Assembly: GCA_963733035.1 (NCBI GenBank)
Contig: CAVTBU010000005.1
Location: 2,016,001 to 2,080,000, forward strand
Length of the DNA: 64,000 nucleotides
Direction of reading: 5' to 3'
From: Pirellulales bacterium
GTDB taxonomy: Bacteria > Planctomycetota > Planctomycetia > Pirellulales > PALSA-1355
This document shows, one piece after another, positions 41,641-52,016 of this stretch. The position numbers and the translations under genes are program-made. Within the stretch, counting starts at the first letter, position 1. Each line of letters starts with the position of its first letter. The notes below the pieces were generated by a model that did no database searches, was not told the DNA's origin, and saw only the letters and a program-made list of their open reading frames with translations.

Positions 41641-41985
41641 TCAAGTGCTGGCGTGCGCCTTGCGGGGTGGAGCGATCACGCCGATCGCCGAGTCGCACTT
41701 CTTGCAGTAACGATCCTTGGTGCCATCCGACCGAAAGCGAACACCTGTCCGCGTCGCCTGATTGCACGAGGAACAAACCAGCATCACGTTCGACAGGCTG
41801 ACGGGCATCTCCTTTGACAGCCGACCGCCCTGCGGATTCTTTTGACTGCGGCGGATGTGCCGATAGGCACGGTTCACACCTTCGACAATCACGCGATTCT
41901 CGTCGCGCAGCACCCTGAGCACCTTGCCGCGCACCTTATCGGCGCCGGTGATCACTTCAACAATGTCGTCCACTCGTATATGCAT
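41641..41985 (-). CDS. rplX: 50S ribosomal protein L24
   Basis: DIVEVITG, VIVEGVN, SNVMLVC; TGATG overlap with rplN. Confidence 0.96.
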   Translation of the reverse strand: MHIRVDDIVEVITGADKVRGKVLRVLRDENRVIVEGVNRAYRHIRRSQKNPQGGRLSKEMPVSLSNVMLVCSSCNQATRTGVRFRSDGTKDRYCKKCDSAIGVIAPPRKAHAST

Positions 41986-42353
41986 CACACCACCTCGCTG
42001 GCGAGGCTCACGATTTTCATGAAATTGCGGTCGCGAAGCTCACGGGCCACGGCGCCGAAAATGCGCGTTCCGCGCGGGTTCTTGTCATTGTCAATGATCA
42101 CCACGGCATTGTTATCAAAGCGCACGTAACTGCCGTCCGACCTCCGGGTCGGTTTCTTGCAACGCACGATCACACCCTTGACGACGCTCTTCTTCTTCAC
42201 ATCACTGCCGGGAATCACCGACTTGACACTACAGACAATGACATCACCCAGACCGGCCGTGCGCCGATGGGTACCGCCGAGCACCTTGATACACATGACC
42301 TCCTTGGCCCCCGTATTGTCGGCGACGCTCAATTTGGTCTGCATCTGGATCAT
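41985..42353 (-). CDS. rplN: 50S ribosomal protein L14
   Basis: [21 protein letters not shown]. Confidence 0.98.
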   Translation of the reverse strand: MIQMQTKLSVADNTGAKEVMCIKVLGGTHRRTAGLGDVIVCSVKSVIPGSDVKKKSVVKGVIVRCKKPTRRSDGSYVRFDNNAVVIIDNDKNPRGTRIFGAVARELRDRNFMKIVSLASEVV

Positions 42354-42419
42354 GATTCACACACCTGGATCGAATATCTTTGGACGCCGGCCCACTAGTT
42401 ACTCGTGGCACACCGATGG

Positions 42420-42725
42420 TTATACTTCGTTCTCTTCATTCGCCGCCTTGTGCGCTGCCTTCATCGCGGCGATGTCCACTAGACGACTCTTGGCCACAAC
42501 CCGCACGAGTTCCCAGCGCTTGGTTTTCGACCGCGGGCGCGACTCTTGGATTTCCACCGTATCGCCGACGTGGCACTCCTCGGCCTCATCGTGTACGTGG
42601 CACACCGTCTTGCGATGCATAATCTTGCCGTACTTCGGGTGGCGAACCAGTCGTGGAATCTCCACCCGACGGGTCTTGGCCGTCTTGTCGCCGGTCACAA
42701 CGCCGATCGAAACTCGTTTTGGCAT
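42420..42725 (-). CDS. rpsQ: 30S ribosomal protein S17
   Basis: HPKYGK, HDE, GDTVEIQESRPRSKTKRW. Confidence 0.97.
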   Translation of the reverse strand: MPKRVSIGVVTGDKTAKTRRVEIPRLVRHPKYGKIMHRKTVCHVHDEAEECHVGDTVEIQESRPRSKTKRWELVRVVAKSRLVDIAAMKAAHKAANEENEV

Positions 42726-42740
42726 GGCAATCTCTACTGT

Positions 42741-42959
42741 TTACTTGGCGGCCGCCGCAGCCTGGGCCCGGGCCGCTCGCTGCGATTGGATGGTCTTGCA
42801 ACGGGCGATCAAGCGCCTTGTCTTGCGAAGCTCGCTGGGAGCGTCCAAGCGCTCGGTCTGCGATTGAATCCGCATCCGAAACAGACTCTCGACCGCATCC
42901 TTGAGCGTGAGCACCAATTGCTCGTCGCTCATCTCGCGTAATTCACTTGCTTTGGTCAT
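42741..42959 (-). CDS. rpmC: 50S ribosomal protein L29
   Basis: KASELREMSDEQL, LFRMR, RRLIARCKT. Confidence 0.95.
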   Translation of the reverse strand: MTKASELREMSDEQLVLTLKDAVESLFRMRIQSQTERLDAPSELRKTRRLIARCKTIQSQRAARAQAAAAAK

Positions 42960-43023
42960 GATTCTTTCATCCGCTGTCCGCTCGACGAGTTGTTCGCCGC
43001 CGGGTGATCTGCACGCTCCTCAC

Positions 43024-43440
43024 CTAAACCGCTCGACGCCGGATGAACCGCACCCGTACGGGCATCTTGTGAGCCAATCGCGAAAAACACATCCGAGCCG
43101 CTTCCTCGGTCACGCCCGCGATTTCGTACAACACCGTGCCAGGACGTACCACGGCCGCCCAATATTCCGGCTCTCCCTTGCCCTTACCCATGCGAGTCTC
43201 GAGCGGGATCGACGTAATTGACTTGTGCGGAAAGACGCGAATGTAAAGCCGACCCTCGCTGCGCAAGTATTGCGAAGCGGCGATACGGCCGGCCTCAATC
43301 GTCTGCGCGCTGACCCAGCCACCTTGTGTAGCCTGCAGGCCAAAGTCGCCGAAGACGACGCGGTTGCCCCGCGTGGCCTTACCTTTTATACGTCCTCTTT
43401 GGCTTTTTCGGTGCTTGACCCTCTTGGGCATCAACGCCAT
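43024..43440 (-). CDS. rplP: 50S ribosomal protein L16
   Basis: [29 protein letters not shown] 8 nt before ATG 43440. Confidence 0.97.
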   Translation of the reverse strand: MALMPKRVKHRKSQRGRIKGKATRGNRVVFGDFGLQATQGGWVSAQTIEAGRIAASQYLRSEGRLYIRVFPHKSITSIPLETRMGKGKGEPEYWAAVVRPGTVLYEIAGVTEEAARMCFSRLAHKMPVRVRFIRRRAV

Positions 43441-44077
43441 CGGTCTCGTCCTCTTGATACATACCTTGATTGACCCACACCTGGACACCGATGTGTCCCT
43501 GCGGCGTCATGGCTTCGGTAAACCCGTAGTCGATCTTGGCCCGCAAAGTCGACAGCGGAATGGAGCCGGCAATCGCTTTCTCGCGACGCGCCATTTCCGA
43601 ACCGCCAAGTCGACCGGCCAATTGAATCTTGATCCCCTTCGCGCCGGCTTCCATCGTCGATTCCATCGCCCGCTTCATACAGCGGCGGAAGCTGGCTCGC
43701 TTGGCCAACTGCTCGGCGATGTCCTCGGCCACGAGTTGCGCGAACACCTCGGGACGCGAAATCTCTTCGATCTTGATGTTGATGCGGCGGCCGACCAGGT
43801 TCTGCAGTTCATCCTGCAGACGCTCGACCTCTTGACCCTTGCGGCCAATAATGATGCCCGGACGCGCGGTGTGGAGAATCACCTTCACTTCATCGCGAGT
43901 CCGTTCAATCTCGATCTTGGGGATGCCCGCGAACTTGTACTTGCTTTTGACGAACTTGCGGATCTTGCGGTCCTCGAGCAACAGGTTCGCAAACTCCTGC
44001 TTCGAGGCATACCAACGGCTCTTCCAACCGACCATGATGCCGGTGCGAAAGCCGGTAGGGTTGACTTTTTGACCCAT
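43379..44077 (-). CDS. rpsC: 30S ribosomal protein S3
   Basis: [36 protein letters not shown]. Confidence 0.98.
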   Translation of the reverse strand: MGQKVNPTGFRTGIMVGWKSRWYASKQEFANLLLEDRKIRKFVKSKYKFAGIPKIEIERTRDEVKVILHTARPGIIIGRKGQEVERLQDELQNLVGRRINIKIEEISRPEVFAQLVAEDIAEQLAKRASFRRCMKRAMESTMEAGAKGIKIQLAGRLGGSEMARREKAIAGSIPLSTLRAKIDYGFTEAMTPQGHIGVQVWVNQGMYQEDETDGVDAQEGQAPKKPKRTYKR

Positions 44078-44208
44078 GTTTTCACTCGTTTCCGTTGCTC
44101 TGCATCCCGCGGGACGCCAATATTCAGTCCGCTGTCTACTTTTCTTGCGTCGGTTGTCTTTGCTTGAACAACCAAGCCGCTAAGTCAATTACGCTACCGT
44201 GTTTTCAT

Positions 44209-44544
44209 TCAGGCGACGGTGTCGACCGATATTCGAATGTGCGCCATCCGCTTTTTGATCATGAAGGCCATGCCGCGAGCTCGCGGACGAATCCGCTTGA
44301 ACATTGGCCCACCGTCGACGCGTGCATCGACTACCACCAAATCGCTTACGCCAGGGGCACGACGATCCTCGGCATTTCCCAACGCGCTTTTGAGCACCTT
44401 TTCAAGCAACCGCGCACCGCGCTGCGGCTGGTACTTCAGCAGGTCAAGCGCCTCGTCGGCGTGCTTGCCGCGAATCAAATCAGCCAGCGGACGCACTTTG
44501 CGAGCGCTGATCCGAGCGTATTTGTGAACGGCTGTGTAGGCCAT
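44209..44544 (-). CDS. rplV: 50S ribosomal protein L22
   Basis: RISARKVR, SALGNAE, KRIRPRARG. Confidence 0.97.
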   Translation of the reverse strand: MAYTAVHKYARISARKVRPLADLIRGKHADEALDLLKYQPQRGARLLEKVLKSALGNAEDRRAPGVSDLVVVDARVDGGPMFKRIRPRARGMAFMIKKRMAHIRISVDTVA

Positions 44545-44616
44545 TGTGTCGTTCTCTCTCGATTGATCCACAGGCGCCGTCGGCGATGCCCGTGGGCTAA
44601 ACGCAATCCCGCGTGA

Positions 44617-44889
44617 CTACCTCTTGCCGCCCTTGCCGCCATGACCGCGGAAAGTTCGCGTGGGAGCAAACTCGCCGAGCTTGTGGCCGACCATGTCTTC
44701 CGTCACGAACACCTTGATATGCAACTTACCGTTATGCACCATGAACGTGTGCCCAACGAACTCCGGCACGATCGTACAAGCGCGAGCCCAGGTTTTGATC
44801 GGGTCCTTACGCCCATCGCTGGTCATCCGTTCGACCTTGGCGAACAGCTTTGGGGTGACAAACGGGCCCTTTTTTAGTGATCTTCCCAT
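44617..44889 (-). CDS. rpsS: 30S ribosomal protein S19
   Basis: [21 protein letters not shown]. Confidence 0.98.
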   Translation of the reverse strand: MGRSLKKGPFVTPKLFAKVERMTSDGRKDPIKTWARACTIVPEFVGHTFMVHNGKLHIKVFVTEDMVGHKLGEFAPTRTFRGHGGKGGKR

Positions 44890-44961
44890 GGCACTTGCCT
44901 ATCGCAGATTCGATTGCTCTTGTACGACGCACGCACCGACTTACGGCCGGCCAAAGTTCAA

Positions 44962-45819
44962 CTACTGAATCCTCAATTGCCCGTAACGACGCGAACGCCG
45001 GCGACGCACAATCGCGGCATTCGACGGTTTGCGTCGCTTGCGGGTCGAACCACCCTTGGCACTCTGCCCAGTGGGGCTTACTGGATGCCGCCCGCCCTTC
45101 GTGCGTCCTTCGCCACCGCCGTGTGGGTGATCGGTCGGGTTCATGGCGGTGCCACGAACGTGCGGCCGAATTCCCTTCCAGCGATTGCGGCCAGCCTTGC
45201 CAACCACAATCGCGTCGTGCTCGGAATTGCCAATGGCACCCACGGTAGCCCGACAGGCAGCCGGCACGCGGCGGATCTCACCACTTGGCAGGTTAATCTG
45301 CGCCCAGTCCGCCTCACGAGCGGCCAGCGTCGCACTGGTGCCAGCCGACCGGCACAGCACGCCGCCACGCCCAGGCTGCAGCTCGATGTTGTGAATCGCC
45401 ATGCCCAACGGAATGTTTCTCAGCGGGAGGGCATTGCCCACCGACGGCGGAGCATCGGCGCCGCTCACCACTTCGTCTCCCTGCTTTAAGCCATTGGGAG
45501 CCAGGATGTAGCGCTTCTCGCCGTCCACATAGTGCAACAAAGCAATCCGAGCGCTTCGGTTCGGATCATACTCGACGCTGTTCACGCGGGCCGGCACGCC
45601 ATCTTTATTGCGACGAAAGTCAATCAAACGATAACGCTGCTTATGGCCGCCACCGCGATGCCGAGCCGTGATGCGCCCCTGGTTATTCCGGCCGCCGGTC
45701 TTCCTTTTCGGGCGCAACAAGCTTTTTTCTGGCTTGGCCCCCTTGGTGAGGTCGGCGAAGTCGCTAACCGTCGCACCACGGCGCCCGGCTGTCGTCGGCT
45801 TATATCGTCGAATACCCAT
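44962..45819 (-). CDS. rplB: 50S ribosomal protein L2
   Basis: [31 protein letters not shown]. Confidence 0.98.
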   Translation of the reverse strand: MGIRRYKPTTAGRRGATVSDFADLTKGAKPEKSLLRPKRKTGGRNNQGRITARHRGGGHKQRYRLIDFRRNKDGVPARVNSVEYDPNRSARIALLHYVDGEKRYILAPNGLKQGDEVVSGADAPPSVGNALPLRNIPLGMAIHNIELQPGRGGVLCRSAGTSATLAAREADWAQINLPSGEIRRVPAACRATVGAIGNSEHDAIVVGKAGRNRWKGIRPHVRGTAMNPTDHPHGGGEGRTKGGRHPVSPTGQSAKGGSTRKRRKPSNAAIVRRRRSRRYGQLRIQ

Positions 45820-45867
45820 GATGGATCGTCTTTCGATTCGGGGCGGCGAGGCCGCCTCGGTTACTCA

Positions 45868-46188
45868 CTAGAAAAAGTCGATGCGGTGCTCGGAATGCAG
45901 CGTGACGATCGCCTTCTTCCAATCCTTCGTGCGGCCCGAACTAAAACGCGTTCGCCGCGGCTTTCCCTTTCGGTTCTGCGTATGCACACGCAGAACTTTC
46001 ACATTAAACAACTCCTCGACCGCCCGCCGCACGTCGCTCTTGGTTGCCAATCGGCTAACCTCAAACGCATAGGCATTGTGGCGCGTCGAACGATGCATTC
46101 CCTTTTCAGTCACCAGCGGACGCAGAATCACCTGGTGCGGCGCCAGAAACGGTTCAGCAGGCGTGATAGTGTCGGTGGCCATCGCCAT
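45868..46188 (-). CDS. rplW: 50S ribosomal protein L23
   Basis: PLVTEK, VEELFNVKV, WKKAIVTL. Confidence 0.96.
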   Translation of the reverse strand: MAMATDTITPAEPFLAPHQVILRPLVTEKGMHRSTRHNAYAFEVSRLATKSDVRRAVEELFNVKVLRVHTQNRKGKPRRTRFSSGRTKDWKKAIVTLHSEHRIDFF

Positions 46189-46199
46189 GATTCCCTCTA

Positions 46200-46853
46200 T
46201 TACTTCGCATCCGTGTCGGCCGATTTCGCCTGGCCCTTGGCCCGCACAGCTTCAAGCGCCGCCTTGGTCATCAGCACCCGCCTGGGCTGCAACAACACCA
46301 AGGCATTCAAGCCGTCAACCGGCGAGACCGTCACCCGGTCGATATTGCGGGCACTCTTGAAGACATTCACATCATGTTCGGCCGTGGTGACCAACAGGCT
46401 GTCGCCAGAGATCCTCAAGGCCTTGAGAATGGCAGCCATATCCTTGGTCTTGGGCGCGTCGAACTTCAAATCATCGATCAGCATCACTTCGTCGTCGCGA
46501 ATCTTCGCCGCCAGCGCCATCCGAGTAGCCAACTGCACGGCCTTACGAGGCAGGCGATAGACCCAATTTCGCGGACGCTTTGCAAAAATATGTCCGCCAC
46601 CACGGCGAATACCGCTGCGACGTGAACCGGCACGGGCATTGCCCGTCCCCTTTTGACGGTACATCTTCTGCGTTGAACCGGCCACTTCAGCCCGACTCTT
46701 CGTGCGAACCGTGCCCTGCCGCAGATTCGACTGGTACATGACCACCACATCGTGCAGCAATTGCTTGCTGATGCGCGGCACCAAGTCCGTGGGCTCAATC
46801 TCGTAGCTGCCCACCGATTTGCCGGTCCGGTCGTATACGGTCAAACTTGCCAT
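46200..46853 (-). CDS. rplD: 50S ribosomal protein L4
   Basis: RQKGTGNARAGS, RGGG, SARNI. Confidence 0.97.
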   Translation of the reverse strand: MASLTVYDRTGKSVGSYEIEPTDLVPRISKQLLHDVVVMYQSNLRQGTVRTKSRAEVAGSTQKMYRQKGTGNARAGSRRSGIRRGGGHIFAKRPRNWVYRLPRKAVQLATRMALAAKIRDDEVMLIDDLKFDAPKTKDMAAILKALRISGDSLLVTTAEHDVNVFKSARNIDRVTVSPVDGLNALVLLQPRRVLMTKAALEAVRAKGQAKSADTDAK

Positions 46854-46917
46854 TACTGTTTTTCCTGTCGGCCACAAGCCGTCGAACTGCCGGGCCACCA
46901 GGGGCCCACCGGGATGC

Positions 46918-47604
46918 TTACAACTTGTTCGTTTCCTTGATCACCACGTACCCGCCGTTCGGCCCAGGAACCGCGCCGCGGATCAAAAGCAGATTATTCT
47001 CGGCATCGACTCGCACGAGCACCACGTTTCGCATCGTGCTCTTCTCGTTGCCATAGCGACCGGCCATCCGCCGACCTTTCGGCACGCGGCCAGGAAACTG
47101 ACTCTGACCGATCGAGCCGCAATGACGGTGTACCTTCTTGACGCCGTGCGTAGCCCGCTGGCCCCGATAGTTGTGCCGCACCATCACGCCCGCGGTACCG
47201 CGACCCTTGGTAGTGCCGACAACGTCAACACGCTTGATTTCGGCGAACTGAGTGACATCCAGCGTCTGGCCGACCTCGGCACCCTCGAATGCGCCACGCA
47301 TTTCGCGAACGAAACGCTGTGGTTCGCAGTCAGCCTTAGAGAGAGGCTCGACCCCCGCCTTGCCGCGGGCCTTCGAGCGCTTGCTGTCAAGCTTGGCAAC
47401 GTGACCACGAGTACTGCGACTAGCCAACCGACGGGGCATATCATCGAAGCCCAACTGCACGGCTTCGTACCCATCTCGATCCTTCGTGCGGACCTGCAAG
47501 ACGTGACAGGGACCGGCCTGAATTACGGTCACCGGCACCACGTTGCCGCCTTCGTCAAAAACTTGCGTCATCCCGACCTTGCGGCCGAGCAGTCCGATTG
47601 CCAT
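46918..47604 (-). CDS. rplC: 50S ribosomal protein L3
   Basis: GRKVGMTQ, DGYEAVQLG, GAVPGP. Confidence 0.97.
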   Translation of the reverse strand: MAIGLLGRKVGMTQVFDEGGNVVPVTVIQAGPCHVLQVRTKDRDGYEAVQLGFDDMPRRLASRSTRGHVAKLDSKRSKARGKAGVEPLSKADCEPQRFVREMRGAFEGAEVGQTLDVTQFAEIKRVDVVGTTKGRGTAGVMVRHNYRGQRATHGVKKVHRHCGSIGQSQFPGRVPKGRRMAGRYGNEKSTMRNVVLVRVDAENNLLLIRGAVPGPNGGYVVIKETNKL

Positions 47605-47785
47605 CGCAGTATTTCCTGTGGTCGGTTGCCGGCCAGTAGTCGCAGCCAAAAGGGGCCGCGCTTTACCCGCCGAGCTTCCAGTGCATAGGAGAATCCAAAA
47701 AGTCCCGCGGCATCAGAAGACCGCCCGCCAAGTGCCACCTGGACGAGCGATTGCCGCAATCAGTTCAAATCGTTCGTATTCCCGC

Positions 47786-48121
47786 CTAGTGCCTGCTGGA
47801 GGCCTTGATCTTGATGTCCACGCCAGCCGGTAGACTGAGCTTATTGAGCGCCTCGATCGTCTTGGCCGTGGCCTGCACGATGTCGATCAACCGCTTATGC
47901 GTGCGGATCTCAAACTGCTGCCGTGCCTTCCGGTCGATATGCGGACCACTCAACACGGTGTATCGCTCAATTCGCGTCGGCAGCGGAATCGGCCCATGAA
48001 CCTCGGAATTCGTCCGCTTGGCCGTATCCACGATTTCCGCGGCACTCTGATCGAGCACCGAGTGATCGTAAGCTTCCATGCGGATGCGAATGATTTCTTG
48101 CGTATGACCCGCCACCAGCAC
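47786..48121 (-). CDS. rpsJ: 30S ribosomal protein S10
   Basis: [28 protein letters not shown]. Confidence 0.97.
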   Translation of the reverse strand: MLVAGHTQEIIRIRMEAYDHSVLDQSAAEIVDTAKRTNSEVHGPIPLPTRIERYTVLSGPHIDRKARQQFEIRTHKRLIDIVQATAKTIEALNKLSLPAGVDIKIKASSRH

Positions 48122-48209
48122 GCTCCCGACTGCGTAAAAAGGCCCCCGGTGATCGAGGGCCGTTAACTCCTGCTCCCACCACTCGTTTCACCAAGTGGGC
48201 AAACCACGA

Positions 48210-48238
48210 ATATTAAGGCCTGGAGAGAAAGCTGTCAA
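48210..48238 (-). promoter_or_regulatory. Sigma70 promoter for the S10 operon
   Basis: Minus strand TTGACA-17 nt-TAATAT, about 90 nt upstream of rpsJ. Confidence 0.7.
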
Positions 48239-48422
48239 CAGGCTCCGGCGCGGATTGCCTTGCGACGGTGTCTGGCGGCAATGGTGGCTGGCCGCGGACG
48301 GCAATCTGGCGGAATTGATGCGATTCTACCCCCCGTGCCGTTGGTCAATTCGCCCGCCGGGCACCTGCTAGCGGGAGTTTCCGCCCCTTCCAGGACGTCG
48401 CCCGAACGATGCATCCTCCCGG

Positions 48423-50496
48423 CTACACGAACGCTTCGGCAACTTCCTGGGGGGCTGGTCCATAGGCAGCCGGCTCCATCGTGGCGGTTGCCCGACCTTG
48501 GCTCAATCCGCGCATGGCGCATCGAATAGCCGAACAGGCTGGCCAGTGGTGCCTCGGCGTCGATCACGACGTTCTTGCCGCGATGTTGTGTCTCGTTGAT
48601 GATCGCTCGCCGCTGCTGCAGATCGTTGATGAAGTCGCCGAGGTTTTCCTCGGGAGTCGTGATCTGCAGTTTCATGATCGGCTCGAGCAACACGGCGCCG
48701 GCCGCTTTCAACGCCCGATTGAAGGCATCGGCCGAGGCAAAGCGGAAGGCGATCTCGCTGGAATCGGTTTCATGAACGACACCCCCGATCACGGTCACTT
48801 TGACCCGCATGAGCGGGCAGCCCAGCAGGCCGCCACCTTGTCCTTCGTCAGTGAGCGCGTCGATCACGGTGGAAAGATAAGGTTCGGGCAGCACGTCGCC
48901 CCGAGCCGGCACCACCACGACGCCACTCCCGCCTTGCGAATAGGGTTCGATGCGAATCGTTACTTCGGCGCTCATCGACTGGCCGCCCTGCTGACGATGA
49001 CAAGTGCCGGTAACCTCGGCCGCCTTTTCCACCGTCTCGCGATAGCTGACCCGCGGCTTGTGCACGCGGACGTTCAAGTTGTAGTCTCGGAGCAGGCGAT
49101 GCTTGATCACTTCCAGATGCAACTCACCCATCCCGCTGATCAACGTTTGGCCCGTTTCTTCGTTCTCTTGAGCGCGGAACGTTGGGTCTTGTCGCTTCAT
49201 CATCTCGAGCACGTCGGCAAGTTTTTTTCGCTCGGTCGACGATTCGGGCTCGATCGCCATGGCGATCACCGTTTCAGGAAATTGAATCGTTTCCAGCAAA
49301 ATCGGGTGCTGCGGATCGCAGAGCGTATCGCCTGTGATCGAATGTCGCAGGCCAATGATACCGACGATATCGCCGGCACCGACCGAGGGAACCTGCTCCT
49401 GGCGGTCGGCTTGAATGTGCCAAAGCTGGGGAACGTTTTCTTTTTTGTCCTTGCCGGGGTTGAGCACGCGGCTGTTGGCCTTGAGTTGCCCTGAGTAGAC
49501 ACGGACATAGTGCAGGTCGCCGGTGCGGCGAGCGTCGATCTTGAATACGAGCGCGCAGAACGGCTCATTGATCGCCGGCTTGCGAGTCAGCTTGACGTCT
49601 GGCTTTTTCGGGTCGACGCCCTCGACCGGAGGCACGTCGGCAGGGCTGGGCAAATACAAATTGACGCCATCGAGCAGCGGTTGAATGCCGACGTGATCGA
49701 GTGCCGACCCACACATCACCGGCACGATGAGCCGCATGAGCGTCGCTTCGCGGAGCACGCGACGAATCAGGTCGGCCGGTACCGGCTCCTTTTCCAGGAA
49801 CAGCTCGGCGATCTCATTGCTGTATTCAAATAACTTCTCCAGCAGTTCACCGCGCCATAACTCGGCCAGGTCTTTTAAGTCGTCAGGAATCGGCTCGCGA
49901 CGAAACTCCGCACCGAGCTTCTCTTCATCGAACGTCAGGTACTCCATGTCGACCAGGTCGATGATGCCACGGAAGCGATCCTGTACGTGCGGTGGCCCGG
50001 CGCCGGCCGGATACTGGATCGCCACTGGATTGGCTTCCAACCGGTCGCGAATCTCATTGAACGTCGACTCAAAGTCGGCTCCCTCGCGGTCCAATTTGTT
50101 GATGAAGGCGATCCGCGGCACGCGATACTTGTCTGCCTGTCGCCAGACCGTCTCGCTTTGGGCCTCGACGCCCTCGCGGGCACTGAATACCACAACTCCG
50201 CCGTCGAGGACGCGCAGGCTCCGCTCGACTTCGGCGGTGAAGTCGACGTGTCCGGGCGTATCAATCAGGTTGATCGTGCAATCTCGCCAAGGAAAACTCA
50301 CTGCGGCGGCGCGAATGGTGATCCCGCGTTGCTGTTCCTCGGGATCGAAGTCGGTGACGGTGGTACCTTTGTCGACTTCGCCCATCCGGTGGCTCGCACC
50401 GCTGTAATACAGCATCCGCTCGGTGACGGTGGTCTTGCCGGCATCGATGTGGGCAATAATGCCGATGTTACGCGTATGAATGATTGTGTGTTCCAT
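48423..50496 (-). CDS. fusA: Elongation factor G, divergent form (1-nt extra at ~48521)
   Basis: AHIDAGKTT, RGITI, DTPGHVDF, NKLD, GMGELHL; corrected C-terminus FGYSSAMRGLSQGRATATMEP...EAFV* ends at 48423. Confidence 0.93.
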
Positions 50497-50827
50497 GGGT
50501 GGTCCAATCGCCGTGAGCTAACGGTCCATTGAAAAATGCCGTCGCGGCAACTTTTCAACCTCGCCCAGTGCGGTGCCAATTCCCGCACGCAAGCACAAGA
50601 TAGCGAATTATGTCGCGATCTTGTCATCGTATCCCTGCGATGAGACAGGCGCATCGAATTCTGCAACCGACTGCTCAGTTACCGAAGGCCGCCAGGCGAG
50701 TTTGCGGCTCAGCGGGTGTGAATCCAGACGCTGGCTTCCGTATTGTTGCCAAGTGGTGGGCGCAGAGCAACGCCGCGCCACAGGAAGTCTCCCCTGATGC
50801 GCGGCGCAAGCGTATTCGGATCCAAAC

Positions 50828-51298
50828 TTACCAGGCAAAGTGCGCGAATGCCTTGTTGGCATCGGCCATGCGATGGACGTTTTCGCGACGCGAAATCGCG
50901 GTGCCTTCCTTCTTATAGGCAGCGATCAGTTCTTCGGCCAGCTTCTCGTGCGTGGCACGGCCCTTTCGCTCGCGAACAGCCATTAGCAGCCAACGAATGG
51001 CGAGCGATTGCTGCCGGGGGCGATTGACCTGCATTGGCACCTGATAAGCGGCACCACCGACGCGCTTCGAGCGAACTTCAATGGCTGGCTTTACATTTTC
51101 CACGGCCTGGGTAAAGACCTCGATCGGTTCAGCATCGCCGATTTTTTTCTCAATGATGCCCAACGCATCGTAGAAGACCTTTTGCGCGGTGGCCTTCTTG
51201 CCGTCATGCATCAAGCAGTTGATGAACTTGCTAGCCAGCATCGAATCGTGCCGAGGATCCGGCGACAGTTGCTTGCGGCTGGCGGTAATGCGACCCAT
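50828..51298 (-). CDS. rpsG: 30S ribosomal protein S7
   Basis: [32 protein letters not shown]. Confidence 0.98.
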   Translation of the reverse strand: MGRITASRKQLSPDPRHDSMLASKFINCLMHDGKKATAQKVFYDALGIIEKKIGDAEPIEVFTQAVENVKPAIEVRSKRVGGAAYQVPMQVNRPRQQSLAIRWLLMAVRERKGRATHEKLAEELIAAYKKEGTAISRRENVHRMADANKAFAHFAW

Positions 51299-51351
51299 GG
51301 TTGGCTTGCTTCCGTCTAGAACTGGACTGTGTAATGCGCGTGACGTCGTTT

Positions 51352-51720
51352 CTACGACTTCTTCGCCCCGTATAGGCTGCGTGACTGCTTGCGGCCATCA
51401 ACCCCCAATGTATCCAAGGCACCACGGACCACGTGGTAGCGCACGCCCGGCAAATCTCGCACGCGGCCGCCACGCACCAACACGATCGAGTGTTCTTGCA
51501 ACGTGTGGCCCTCACCGGGAATATAAACGGTCACTTCCTTGCCATTGCTCAGCCGCACGCGGGCAATTTTCCGCATCGCTGAGTTCGGCTTCTTGGGCGT
51601 CATCGTCTTGACCTGCAGGCAGACACCGCGCCGCTGCGGACACCTGTCCAAGACCGGCGACTTGCTGAATTTGCGCGGCTGTTTACGACGCTTCCGCACC
51701 AGTTGATTAATGGTCGGCAT
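51352..51720 (-). CDS. rpsL: 30S ribosomal protein S12
   Basis: [30 protein letters not shown]. Confidence 0.98.
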   Translation of the reverse strand: MPTINQLVRKRRKQPRKFSKSPVLDRCPQRRGVCLQVKTMTPKKPNSAMRKIARVRLSNGKEVTVYIPGEGHTLQEHSIVLVRGGRVRDLPGVRYHVVRGALDTLGVDGRKQSRSLYGAKKS

Positions 51721-51773
51721 GAAGGACCCGCTATTCCACTACGAGATCAGTACTTAAGGGTTGTGAATCCTCC

Positions 51774-51801
51774 AATTTAGCGATTCACCGGAGGGTGTCA
51801 A
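51774..51801 (-). promoter_or_regulatory. Candidate sigma70 promoter for the str operon
   Basis: Minus strand TTGACA-16 nt-TAAATT, about 55 nt before rpsL. Confidence 0.55.
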
Positions 51802-51945
51802 GCGGGGAATTGTTGCCTGAAACCGTGCGACGAAGGCCGTCGTCCGGTCGCCCAGCATCGACAACACTCCCGACCGTCCTTCGAACGATGAACAAGCCGG
51901 TCGGCTGGAGGCGAGCCGCCTGGCAAACCTTGTATTCGCCGCCAT

Positions 51946-51992
51946 CAACAAAACCGGGGCGCAACTTCAGCGAGCAAGTTGCGCCCCGTTTG
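51946..51992 (-). terminator. Intrinsic terminator after rpoC
   Basis: Perfect 13-bp stem CGGGGCGCAACTT / AAGTTGCGCCCCG with an 8-nt loop, followed on the minus strand by GTTTTGTT. Confidence 0.75.
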
Positions 51993-52016
51993 CTTTACGG
52001 AATACAAAAAGTCCGA

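Noticed and set aside
48235..48520. Novel C-terminal extension on EF-G (753-aa ORF)
   Set aside because: Out-of-frame read-through that runs into the S10 promoter; the conserved ending is in the adjacent frame with a stop at 48423.
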